Source: an uncultured Nitrososphaerota archaeon
GTDB taxonomy: Archaea; Thermoproteota; Nitrososphaeria; Conexivisphaerales; DTJL01
NCBI GenBank assembly: GCA_963842885.1
Contig: CAWJIE010000004.1
Span: forward strand, 239,429 to 263,428
DNA length: 24,000 bases
Reading direction: 5' to 3'
Positions 1 to 7,837 of the stretch are shown one piece after another. Numbering within the stretch: the stretch's first letter is position 1; each line of letters opens with the position of its first letter. The notes below the pieces were generated by a model that saw only the letters and a list, made by a program, of their open reading frames with translations, was not told the DNA's origin and did no database searches. The translations under genes and the position numbers were made by a program.

Positions 1-1
1 G

Positions 2-310
2 AGAATGATGGAGCGGATGGGCCTGAACATGAACGAAATCAAAGATGTGAAAGAGGTAGTCATTCTCACATCAGAGAAGGAGATCCATCTGGAGAAGGCG
101 TCGGTCTTCGAAATCAAGGCCAAGGACACGCGCGTCTTTCAGGTCACAGCGGAGAATGTCACGGAGAAGACCATCGCCGCTCCGAAATTCACCGAAGAGG
201 ACGTCTCCCTAGTGGTAACGAGCGCCAACGTCAGCCGGGAGAGGGCCATCTCGGCACTAGAGGAGACCGGCGGCGACATAGCGCTCGCCATCCTACGCCT
301 GAAGCCATAG
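2..310 (+). CDS. nac: Nascent polypeptide-associated complex (NAC) protein, 5' end cut by the window edge
   Basis: The reading frame is open to the window start. KEVVILTSEKEIHLEKASVFEIKAKDTRVFQV looks like the NAC beta-barrel. EEDVSLVVTSANVSRERAISALEETGGDIALAILRLK is the C-terminal UBA-like tail typical of archaeal NAC. MMERMGLNM resembles the internal N-terminal motif of the family, so the true start probably lies upstream of the window. Confidence 0.85.
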   Translation, partial: RMMERMGLNMNEIKDVKEVVILTSEKEIHLEKASVFEIKAKDTRVFQVTAENVTEKTIAAPKFTEEDVSLVVTSANVSRERAISALEETGGDIALAILRLKP

Positions 311-333
311 GCCGCGGAACGTTCCTTCCTGGA

Positions 334-423
334 TTGTCAAAACCTGTTGACCTGATGCGTTGAGGCGTCTCCTGACGGTCGTCGCGTCTCATCGTATGTG
401 GAAAGGGCATTTGTCAACATTGA
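334..423. promoter_or_regulatory. Repeated TTGTCAA / GTCAAC half-sites in the nrdJ upstream region (candidate operator)
   Basis: TTGTCAA occurs at 334-340 and again at 411-417. GTCAA (336-340) and TTGAC (347-351) form an inverted repeat with a 6-nt spacer. TCAAcaTTGA at 414-423 is a second small palindrome. AT-rich TATA-like stretches (gctaataaagg ~436-446, cttttaagagg ~467-477) lie before the ATG at 494. Confidence 0.25.
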
Positions 424-493
424 TTAACCAAAAACGCTAATAAAGGGCCAAACCATCTGGTGGCGGCTTTTAAGAGGCTAGTGGTTAAACAGC

Positions 494-3073
494 ATGGCGG
501 TCCTTTCGTCAAGAATCAAGTCAGTCCGCAAGCGCGACGGCAGGGTTGTAGCGTATGACAGCAGCAAGATATCTGAGGCCATCTGGAAGGCCATCAAGGC
601 CACCGGTGGCAAGGACAGGTCGACGGCCGTCGAACTCTCGCTCAAGGTCAACGAAATCTTGGAGAAGCGGTTCGGGGAGGGGGCCGTGCCTTCTGTCGAG
701 GATGTGCAGGACGCCGTCGAGCATGTTCTGATAGAGGGAGGATATGCCAAGACCGCCAAGGCCTACATACTCTACCGCCAGAAGAGGGCCGAAATCCGCG
801 AGGAGAAGATGAAGATCCTCGAGAAATCGGACATCGACGAAGTAGACAAGAGCTTCGATAGCAACGCCCTCAAGGTCCTCAGGGCGCGATATCTGCGCAA
901 GGATGAGAACGGCCATGTCTTGGAGTCGCCCAAGGAGCTCTTCATGAGGGTGGCCCTGCACACCGCATTGGCCAGCATCCTCTACGATCCTAGGGTTTTC
1001 GACGTCAAGGGAGGACAGCCCACAAAGGAGGCCCCTGAAAACGTCGATCTCATGGCGTATGCGGACCTGGGCGTGGGAAGGTTCAAACTTAACCAGTTCC
1101 ACGTGGAAGCTCTTCTGCGTGTCTTCAAACGGTTCAACGCCTCCGGGAAGTCCAAGGTGTCGTGGCAGGAGCTGCTGGAGATGTTCAGGAGAGGGGATTT
1201 CACCTCTTACGAGAAAGAGGTGGATGACTACCAGACGCTCATGGTCAGCAAGCATTTCATGCCGAACACTCCGGCATTGGCCAACTTCGGCAACGTGTTG
1301 GGAATGGGCTCGGCCTGCTTCGTACTGGACGTCGCTGACTCCATAGACGACATAATGGAGACGCTGAGGAGCGCGGCGATAATATTCAAGGCTGGAGGAG
1401 GGGTCGGCTACAACTTCTCCAAGCTGAGGCCTGAAGGAGACTTCGTCAAGAGCACGTCGGGCATCGCTTCGGGTCCCGTCAGCTTCATGCGACTGTTCGA
1501 CACCATGACCGAAGTGATCAAGCAGGGAGGGATAAGAAGGGGCGCCAACATGGGCATCCTCAACATCAACCACCCCGATATCGAGAGCTTCATCAAGGCT
1601 AAGGAGGGGAACAAGGCGCTCAGGAACTTCAACATATCCGTCCTCGTACTGGACGATTTCTGGAATTACTACAACAAGAACGAACCGTATCCGCTGGTGA
1701 ACCCCAGGACACATGAAGTGACGCGCTATGTGAACCCCAAGCAGCTCCTCGACATGATCGCTTTCCAGGCGTGGGAGAGCGCCGAGCCGGGGGTCATCTT
1801 CTCCGACAAGGTCAACGAGTTCAACCCCTTCCTCAAGTCGCTCGGCCCCATAGTGACCACCAACCCATGCGGAGAAGTCCTGCTCTACCCCAATGAGTCA
1901 TGCAACCTGGGAAGCATCAACGTGGCGGCGTTCACAAAGGAGGACGACGATGGGAACGTCACCTTGGACTGGGATGGCCTGAGGGACACGGTCGAGATGA
2001 CGACCAAGTTCCTCGACAACGTGATCGACATCAACCACTACCCTCTCCAGGCTATCGAGGATATAACCCTGAAGACGAGGAAGATAGGGCTGGGGGTGAT
2101 GGGGATGGCCGACATGCTCTTCGAGATGGGCGTGGCGTACAACAGCGAGGAAGGGCTCAAGTTCATGGAGCGGTTGATGGAGTTCGTCAACTACCATTCG
2201 AAGAAGGCCTCCATCAAGCTCGCGAAAGAGCGTGGTGTCCTGCCGTCCTTCGAAGATAGCAGCTACAAGGAAGGGAAGTTGCCGTTCGGAGGTTTTGCGG
2301 ACCAGTCCTCCTGGCACTTCGACTGGAAGGGGCTGGCGGAGGAGATAGCGCGAGAGGGAGTGAGGAACGGTTACACCACCGTCATCGCCCCGACGGGGAG
2401 CATCTCGATGATAGCAGGATGCAGCAGCGGCATAGAGCCGGTCTTCGCCCTCGTCTACGAGAAGAATGTATCGATAGGGAGCTTCTACTACGTTGACACT
2501 GCCTTCGAGAAGGCGATGAAGAAGGAGGGTCTCTTCGATGACGACCTCCTCAAGCAGATAGTCTCCAACCACGGCAACATAGGGGGCGTGTTCTACCTGC
2601 CCGAGAAGATCAAACATGTCTACGTCACGGCCATGGATATCGGCCCTGAAGACCACGTCAGGGCGATTGCGGCCTTCCAGAAGTGGGTCGACTCCAGCAT
2701 CTCAAAGACGACAAACCTACCTGCTGAGGCCACCGTGGAAGACGTGAAGAAAGTGTACATGCTCTCCTACGAGCTGGGATGCAAGGACGTCACGGTGTAC
2801 AGGGACAAGTCCATAACGAGCCAGGTCTTGCGCACACCGGCGTCAGGAAAGGAGGAGAAGGGTCCTGGGCTGGCGCCGCAGAAGACCGGTCCCACCCCTC
2901 TCGCCGTGCACGCTCCCGTTTCGTCTCCGCTCCAGACCTTCAACGCCCGTCTGAGCTTGGATGGCAAGAACGGCAGCCTGACCAACTGCCCCTCCTGCAG
3001 CACCAAGTTGGAGTTCAAGGAAGGCTGTGCGACATGCCCCGGCTGTGGCTGGAGCCTGTGCGTCAGCGCCTAG
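494..3073 (+). CDS. nrdJ: Class II (adenosylcobalamin-dependent) ribonucleotide reductase with N-terminal ATP-cone and C-terminal zinc ribbon
   Basis: N-terminal ATP-cone (VRKRDGRVVAYDSSKISEAIWKA...AKAYILYRQKRAE). RNR core with the thiyl-radical loop TTNPCGEVLLYPNESCNLGSINV. The C-terminal CPSC-x12-CPGC tail is as seen in archaeal and Thermotoga class II enzymes. Length 859 aa, no intein-like insertion. Confidence 0.95.
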   Translation: MAVLSSRIKSVRKRDGRVVAYDSSKISEAIWKAIKATGGKDRSTAVELSLKVNEILEKRFGEGAVPSVEDVQDAVEHVLIEGGYAKTAKAYILYRQKRAEIREEKMKILEKSDIDEVDKSFDSNALKVLRARYLRKDENGHVLESPKELFMRVALHTALASILYDPRVFDVKGGQPTKEAPENVDLMAYADLGVGRFKLNQFHVEALLRVFKRFNASGKSKVSWQELLEMFRRGDFTSYEKEVDDYQTLMVSKHFMPNTPALANFGNVLGMGSACFVLDVADSIDDIMETLRSAAIIFKAGGGVGYNFSKLRPEGDFVKSTSGIASGPVSFMRLFDTMTEVIKQGGIRRGANMGILNINHPDIESFIKAKEGNKALRNFNISVLVLDDFWNYYNKNEPYPLVNPRTHEVTRYVNPKQLLDMIAFQAWESAEPGVIFSDKVNEFNPFLKSLGPIVTTNPCGEVLLYPNESCNLGSINVAAFTKEDDDGNVTLDWDGLRDTVEMTTKFLDNVIDINHYPLQAIEDITLKTRKIGLGVMGMADMLFEMGVAYNSEEGLKFMERLMEFVNYHSKKASIKLAKERGVLPSFEDSSYKEGKLPFGGFADQSSWHFDWKGLAEEIAREGVRNGYTTVIAPTGSISMIAGCSSGIEPVFALVYEKNVSIGSFYYVDTAFEKAMKKEGLFDDDLLKQIVSNHGNIGGVFYLPEKIKHVYVTAMDIGPEDHVRAIAAFQKWVDSSISKTTNLPAEATVEDVKKVYMLSYELGCKDVTVYRDKSITSQVLRTPASGKEEKGPGLAPQKTGPTPLAVHAPVSSPLQTFNARLSLDGKNGSLTNCPSCSTKLEFKEGCATCPGCGWSLCVSA

Positions 3074-3075
3074 GG

Positions 3076-5133
3076 TCAGGCAAGGGGAGCAGTAGCCCCA
3101 CCGCATAGGCCGCAGCGCTCAGTTCCAGCGACTTCCTTGTTTCCGCATTTCTTGCATAGAGCTATCAGCGGTCTGATAGTGAAGTGGGGGAGGCGCACAT
3201 TTGCCTTTTCGATGAGCTTGGCAGCGTCGTTCAGGTCGGTGATTGGAAGGGACAGCCGCGCAAGCACTCCTCCGCCGATACTGCCGTCCAAGTCGTCCAG
3301 CCGCGCACCTGTGGACTCCGAATCCAGCTCCTTCGAGTCGATGGAGAAGGCCTGGCCGTACTGCGAAATGCTGAGGTTCTTCATCTTGGCCCTCCCGAAC
3401 CTTTCGACATCGAGCTGGGGGAACCGGATGGCGCTGTCGTCGATGGTCAGCACCAATGCGAACTTCTCATCGCCCTCCTTGCCAGCCGTTTCGAGGTACT
3501 GGTTTGCCGAGATAATCGTCTTCTCCTGCAGCTCCGCCAGCTCCTTGGTGGACGAATCTGGGCTTACCAGCTTGAGCGAATCCTCGAGCCCTGTCAGGTT
3601 CACCCTCAACAGGGGAGACTCGGAGTAGAGGAGGTTGCTCAGGACGTCGAGGGCAGGGAGGAGGCCGTTCTTCATGTTGTTCTGTATGAGGCGGCGCCTC
3701 ACCCGTAGCGCGTTGACGGCGTTTTCGAGTTGCATCGTGACCCGGGCGCGGAAGTATACCTCGTCGTTGTGAGCGTCAAGAGCTATGCGCGGAAGGTTGA
3801 TCGATATAGAGTCCAGGACCACGGGGCCGCCCTTCTTGAAGTCGTCGACGCTCAGGCCCTGGAAGGTCCTCCGGCGGCCACTCCCCTTGGACAGGGATAT
3901 CATCCCGTTGTTCCTCGCTATCTCGGCCAGAGGCCTGTAGGCTGACTTCTCCAGTTTCTCGGAGTTGATGATGGCCAGACCTATCGAAGGTGATGGGGTC
4001 GCCTTGACGTAGTCCAAGTATCCTCTGAAGAGTGAGTTGAAGATGCCGCCGGTCGTCTTCGCTGCGTCCACTTCGAGCTCGACCTTTGGACGCTCCGAGC
4101 CCTCCGGATAGGCATAGGCCATGAGATAGAAGAAGGAAGAGTAACCCTTGGCGTCGAGGTCAAGCTTCTGAGCGAGATCTGTGAAGCCCGCAAGGAAGAT
4201 CTCTCTCCCCGCCTCGCGCGTCAGCAGATAGCTGAGCGACAATAGCTTGGTCAGGTTCTCTTCGTCCGTGTTGTCGTAGCCTTCTCTGGGCGTGTGAGGG
4301 AACTTCGCGCCCAGGCGTGACAGGGAAAGCGACTGGTCGCTGATGTTGATGAACAGAGCATCAGGACGTAGCCCCCAGTAGTTGACGTTGGCGATGTGGA
4401 TGTCGCCTGAAAGATGGGAGTCTACGACGTCTCGGGGCAGCTGTATCAGCATGAGGTACTCTGAGAGCACGGAGCCCGCCGTCTGGTTGAAGACGCCCTC
4501 AAGTCCGTAGGGCCCTTCGCCTAGCTTCTCGAGGTTCTCCGTTACGTCGTAGACGGGCATCCCTAGCCGGCTCAGGCGGTGCCGGTACTCCTCCAGACCC
4601 TCCTCGATCAGGATCGAGTTCACCAGCTCCCTGATCAGGGGGGCCGTGAGGTAGGCAGTCTGAAACTTGTAGATCCTGGATTCGGCTTCGCTGGAGATCC
4701 TCTGGGCCAGCTCCACGGGCATCCCGGCCTCGGTGACAAGAGAATGGATTATCTTGTCGGTGGTGAACTCCTCCATCCTGTGGCGGGAGCTTCGGACGAA
4801 GAGCCTTCCGCTCTCCAGGAGGGCCTGCTCCTCTATCTGCTTCGCCGCGTTCAGGACCAGCCGACCCAGCGTGGTGAGCATGTACTTCCGCTCGGCCCGG
4901 TTCTGAGCTATCAGGTTCTGCCTGAGCAGCTTCCGAAGATGGTAGGCGAACTTGCCCGACTCCTTCTTCGACTTGAATCCGGCCAGCGTCTTCAGCTCTG
5001 AATAAGTCATCGGCCCTTTGGCGTTGAGTATCTTCAGTATCTCAAGGCGGCTGGGGGAAGCGATGACGGAGAAGATAGTCTTCACGCGGCGAATGGAGAC
5101 CTGAGTGCTCATAGAACCACTTATTGACATCAC
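3076..5133 (-). CDS. wHTH (ArsR-like) + ATP-cone + NrdD-like (class III RNR-like) protein lacking catalytic Cys and the glycyl-radical motif; putative nucleotide-sensing regulator
   Basis: The N-terminus SRLEILKILNAKGPMTYSELKTLAG...FAYHLRKLLRQNLI looks like an ArsR/winged-helix domain. LFVRSSRHRMEEFTTDKIIHSLV...LIRELVNSILIEEGLEEYRHR looks like an ATP-cone. The body resembles NrdD (HLSGDIHIANVNYW vs G-IHIHDLD; VVLDSISINLPRIALDA vs the NrdD NLPRIAL motif; C-terminal CKKC-x10-CGLC zinc ribbon). The protein ends 8 aa after the ribbon with no RVxGY motif, and its only four Cys residues are those of the ribbon. Confidence 0.8.
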   Translation of the reverse strand: MMSISGSMSTQVSIRRVKTIFSVIASPSRLEILKILNAKGPMTYSELKTLAGFKSKKESGKFAYHLRKLLRQNLIAQNRAERKYMLTTLGRLVLNAAKQIEEQALLESGRLFVRSSRHRMEEFTTDKIIHSLVTEAGMPVELAQRISSEAESRIYKFQTAYLTAPLIRELVNSILIEEGLEEYRHRLSRLGMPVYDVTENLEKLGEGPYGLEGVFNQTAGSVLSEYLMLIQLPRDVVDSHLSGDIHIANVNYWGLRPDALFINISDQSLSLSRLGAKFPHTPREGYDNTDEENLTKLLSLSYLLTREAGREIFLAGFTDLAQKLDLDAKGYSSFFYLMAYAYPEGSERPKVELEVDAAKTTGGIFNSLFRGYLDYVKATPSPSIGLAIINSEKLEKSAYRPLAEIARNNGMISLSKGSGRRRTFQGLSVDDFKKGGPVVLDSISINLPRIALDAHNDEVYFRARVTMQLENAVNALRVRRRLIQNNMKNGLLPALDVLSNLLYSESPLLRVNLTGLEDSLKLVSPDSSTKELAELQEKTIISANQYLETAGKEGDEKFALVLTIDDSAIRFPQLDVERFGRAKMKNLSISQYGQAFSIDSKELDSESTGARLDDLDGSIGGGVLARLSLPITDLNDAAKLIEKANVRLPHFTIRPLIALCKKCGNKEVAGTERCGLCGGATAPLA

Positions 5134-5186
5134 TTGCTATATCTAGGTCTAAAAAGGTTTACCACTCGGTTGGCTGCTGTGAAGGC

Positions 5187-5264
5187 TGGTGGGGCCGGGC
5201 GGATTTGAACCGCCGATCACCAGCGCCCGAGGCTGGTAGCGTAACCAAGCTAGCCCACGGCCCC
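5187..5264 (-). tRNA. tRNA-Pro (anticodon CGG), CCA encoded
   Basis: The reverse complement reads GGGGCCG-TG-GGCT..CGCT-A-CCAGC-CTCGGGC-GCTGG-TGATC-GGCGG-TTCAAAT-CCGCC-CGGCCCC-A-CCA. It has a 7-bp acceptor stem, 5-bp anticodon and T stems, a 7-nt loop with U33 and G37, and anticodon CGG. The D stem is imperfect. Confidence 0.9.
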
Positions 5265-5390
5265 AAGAGACGAAGCTGGCGGCTGCCCGTCTGTGGCAGT
5301 TTCAACCGGCACTTTTAAGCTTGTATCATGTGGCCGGCTCTGGTCTTTTGATAAGTTTAAAGAAGCAAAGGCGCCGACTAGGAAATTCGG

Positions 5391-6467
5391 ATGAAGATCG
5401 TCGTCACCGGCATCAGCGGGGCGGGCCGCGGCTCCTACCTGTCAGAGGTCGAGGGCCTAGCCAGGGCGGACGGGAGGAGCATCAGGATCTTCGAGACCGG
5501 CGACATGATGTTCGAGACCGCCAAGAAGCTGGGCATCGAGATACCGGAGGATAAGATCCTTGACCTGTCACCTTCTACGTTGAACTTCCTTAGAACGACC
5601 GTATTCGAGCAGATCATTAGGGAGTCCAAGGAGGTGGAGGACATCGTCATCAGTACCCACGCGTGTTTTCGCTGGAAGAAGCACATCATCCAGGCCTTCG
5701 ACTTCCACTACCTCGACCAGATTCGTCCTGACGTCTATGTTTCCATCATCGACTCCATCACTTCGATAAGGGCCCGGCAGGAAATGACGTCGCAGTGGAG
5801 GGGGCAGCTCTCCATGAAGGACATTCTGGTATGGAGAGACGAAGAGGTGTTCGTGACGAAGTCGATAGCGGACTTTCAGAGGAGGACGTTCTACATCATA
5901 CCCCGCGACGAACCCCCCGAGACGCTATTTCGCCTCCTCTATCGTCCGGGTACAAGGAAGGCGTACCTGAGCTACCCGATGACGCACACCGGAACGGATG
6001 AAGAAGATGTGAAGAGGAAGGACGCTTTCAGGGACAGGTTGCGCGACGCAGGGATGGTCGTGTTCGATCCCATCTCCATAGGGGATGGCGAGCTCTTGGC
6101 TTTCTTGGCCGACGCTAGAAGCAAAGGGGAGAGGACGATAGCCTATTCGAAGGGGAGGACGACCGTGAAGTTCGACATAAAGGAGGCGGAGGAGGTGAGC
6201 GACGACGTCAACGACCAGATCGTCGCCAGGGATTATCAGCTCATCGACCAGAGCGACATGATAGTGGTCTACTACTTTCTCCCCGTCATGTCGCCGGGAG
6301 TGCTTTCCGAGATGACCTATGGTTTCACGAACAAGAAGAACGTCTACGCCGTGTTCAAGGGTCAGGAGTCGCCATTCTTCAGATACTACTCCACCAAGAT
6401 ATTCCAAGACGAAGATGCCCTCCTTGGGTACCTGAAGGAGAAGGCTGGAGGGGAGCCAACCAGCTGA
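5391..6467 (+). CDS. Fusion protein: archaeal adenylate-kinase-like (AdkA/COG2019-like) N-domain with a non-canonical P-loop plus a nucleoside 2-deoxyribosyltransferase-like (NDT/Rcl-like) C-domain
   Basis: The N-terminal half parallels archaeal AdkA (MKIVVTGISGAGRGSY.., FETGDMMFETAKKLG, IVISTHACFRW, VYVSIIDSITSIRARQ). Its Walker A reads GISGAGRGS instead of GxPGxGKS/T. The C-terminal ~170 aa has the NDT-like layout (AYLSYPM.., MVVFDP, QSDMIVVYY, SPGVLSEMTYGF, resembling D-x-GT-x-x-E-x-G-x-A). A TATA-like ataagtttaaaga lies ~30 nt upstream. Confidence 0.65.
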   Translation: MKIVVTGISGAGRGSYLSEVEGLARADGRSIRIFETGDMMFETAKKLGIEIPEDKILDLSPSTLNFLRTTVFEQIIRESKEVEDIVISTHACFRWKKHIIQAFDFHYLDQIRPDVYVSIIDSITSIRARQEMTSQWRGQLSMKDILVWRDEEVFVTKSIADFQRRTFYIIPRDEPPETLFRLLYRPGTRKAYLSYPMTHTGTDEEDVKRKDAFRDRLRDAGMVVFDPISIGDGELLAFLADARSKGERTIAYSKGRTTVKFDIKEAEEVSDDVNDQIVARDYQLIDQSDMIVVYYFLPVMSPGVLSEMTYGFTNKKNVYAVFKGQESPFFRYYSTKIFQDEDALLGYLKEKAGGEPTS

Positions 6468-6481
6468 AGACGACGATCTAC

Positions 6482-6895
6482 GTGGGCGGGCTGCTTATAG
6501 ACGGGGGGAGCATCTTGCTGAAGACGGGAGGAGGGGCTTCCCAACAGTGGCTTCGCCCCCCAGGCAAGTACCTCGAGGGTGATGAGACCCTTGAGATGGC
6601 GGTGTCCAAGGGTTTCAAGGAGGAGACCGGATGGACGTGCGCCGTGAGGGACCTGGCTTACGTCATAGAGTCGTTCAAGGGCGACGGTGAACGGGAACTG
6701 GGCGTCTACTTCCTGGTCGGCGTTCCTTCGCTCAGGGACCGGAACGTCGTGGAGTCAGGGCTCCGATTTGTCTCAGTGGAGGATATGATAACGATGGATG
6801 TGCGCCCTGCCGTCCTGGCTGGGAAGATATTCGCAGACGAAAAGAGGGGCTCGTGTGGATCCGCCACCTACCTAGTCAACCACTGGAATGATTGA
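6482..6895 (+). CDS. Nudix-fold protein with a partly degenerate Nudix box
   Basis: PGKYLEGDETLEMAVSKGFKEETGW aligns to the Nudix box GX5EX7REUXEEXGU, but RE is replaced by KG. The GTG start lies 15 nt after the upstream stop, so co-transcription with 5391..6467 is likely. No other canonical in-frame start occurs in the ~90 nt upstream that I checked. Confidence 0.65.
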   Translation: MGGLLIDGGSILLKTGGGASQQWLRPPGKYLEGDETLEMAVSKGFKEETGWTCAVRDLAYVIESFKGDGERELGVYFLVGVPSLRDRNVVESGLRFVSVEDMITMDVRPAVLAGKIFADEKRGSCGSATYLVNHWND

Positions 6896-6998
6896 CGAAG
6901 CCGTCGTATGGCCGGCGGCCCAACTCAAACGTGGTCTATGAGGCCTCGGAAACCAAGTTCAAGGAGACGCTGTTCAGGATGCTCCGCGGCGAGCTCAG

Positions 6999-7811
6999 TT
7001 AGCGAGCGTGAGGCTTGCCTCGGGGAGGGGGTTCGGCCTCGAAGACAGGGTCGCTCTGCGATCTGAGCAGCCCGGACAATCCGATCAGCCCAAGCAGAAC
7101 ATATGGCGCCTCGAGGAGGTAGACGCCCGCCAGCGTGGTGCCAGACACATATACGTTGAGGAGTGGGACCGCGAAGTCTGCCACTGAAGCGTAGACCGTC
7201 GCGATCAGGAAGAGCCCCTTCACATTCCTCAAGGCCATGAACACCATCACTATGGCAAGGCACTCTATGCAGAGGTTCGACAGCCTGTCGATGATGGGCG
7301 CCCCGATGAAGGCGGCGCCTAGGGCATATTGGGCAGAGAGAGCCTGTTGCACTGATGGACTTAGAGTCCCCATTACTGATGGATTCATCAGAATCTCCAG
7401 GATTCCGAGGAAACTGTTGAGCCCCAGGACCAAGGATTCGATGCCGGCGAACCCCAAGCCGAAGCCGACGGCATCGTCGAAGGAAGCGCTGAACAATCTG
7501 AATCGCCTGGCCCATATCCAAGTGAACCCGGTCTCAGAGATGCCAGTCCTTATGCCGACGTACAGCCCGAGGACCAACGCCGAAGCCAAAGCGCCGGCGC
7601 CCTGGACGGCTGCTGACAAGGAAGGTGTGACGACCCCATCCATGACCAACTTCAAGATGGCGGCCGATAGCCAGGCTATGGCGCCCAGGCCGAAGACCTT
7701 CCAGGAAACTCCATGCTTCCTCTGCCAGTAGATGACGGGGGCCAGCCCGATCATCACCATGCCGAGCCCGCTCAGGAGGAGGACCGGGCTGGGCTGCACC
7801 AAGGTCGCCAA
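6999..7811 (-). CDS. Polytopic membrane protein, YhfC-like (putative intramembrane metalloprotease family)
   Basis: 270 aa with multiple hydrophobic segments and a TTG start. GISETGFTWIWARRF, GFGLGFAGIESLVLG and IDRLSNLCIECLAIV resemble, from memory, the E-E-x-x-R, G-H-G-G-x-E and E-R...H motifs of YhfC. Several catalytic positions appear substituted. The family assignment is tentative. Confidence 0.55.
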   Translation of the reverse strand: MATLVQPSPVLLLSGLGMVMIGLAPVIYWQRKHGVSWKVFGLGAIAWLSAAILKLVMDGVVTPSLSAAVQGAGALASALVLGLYVGIRTGISETGFTWIWARRFRLFSASFDDAVGFGLGFAGIESLVLGLNSFLGILEILMNPSVMGTLSPSVQQALSAQYALGAAFIGAPIIDRLSNLCIECLAIVMVFMALRNVKGLFLIATVYASVADFAVPLLNVYVSGTTLAGVYLLEAPYVLLGLIGLSGLLRSQSDPVFEAEPPPRGKPHAR

Positions 7812-7837
7812 AGCGAGAGACCTAGGCCTATCCTGCC

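Noticed and set aside
521-2656. Long minus-strand ORFs (397 aa at 521..1714, 252 aa at 1898..2656) antisense to nrdJ
   Set aside because: Their translations are low-complexity and rich in Arg, Pro, Gly and His. They lie entirely inside a gene with strong family similarity on the other strand. These are typical shadow ORFs of a GC-rich coding region.
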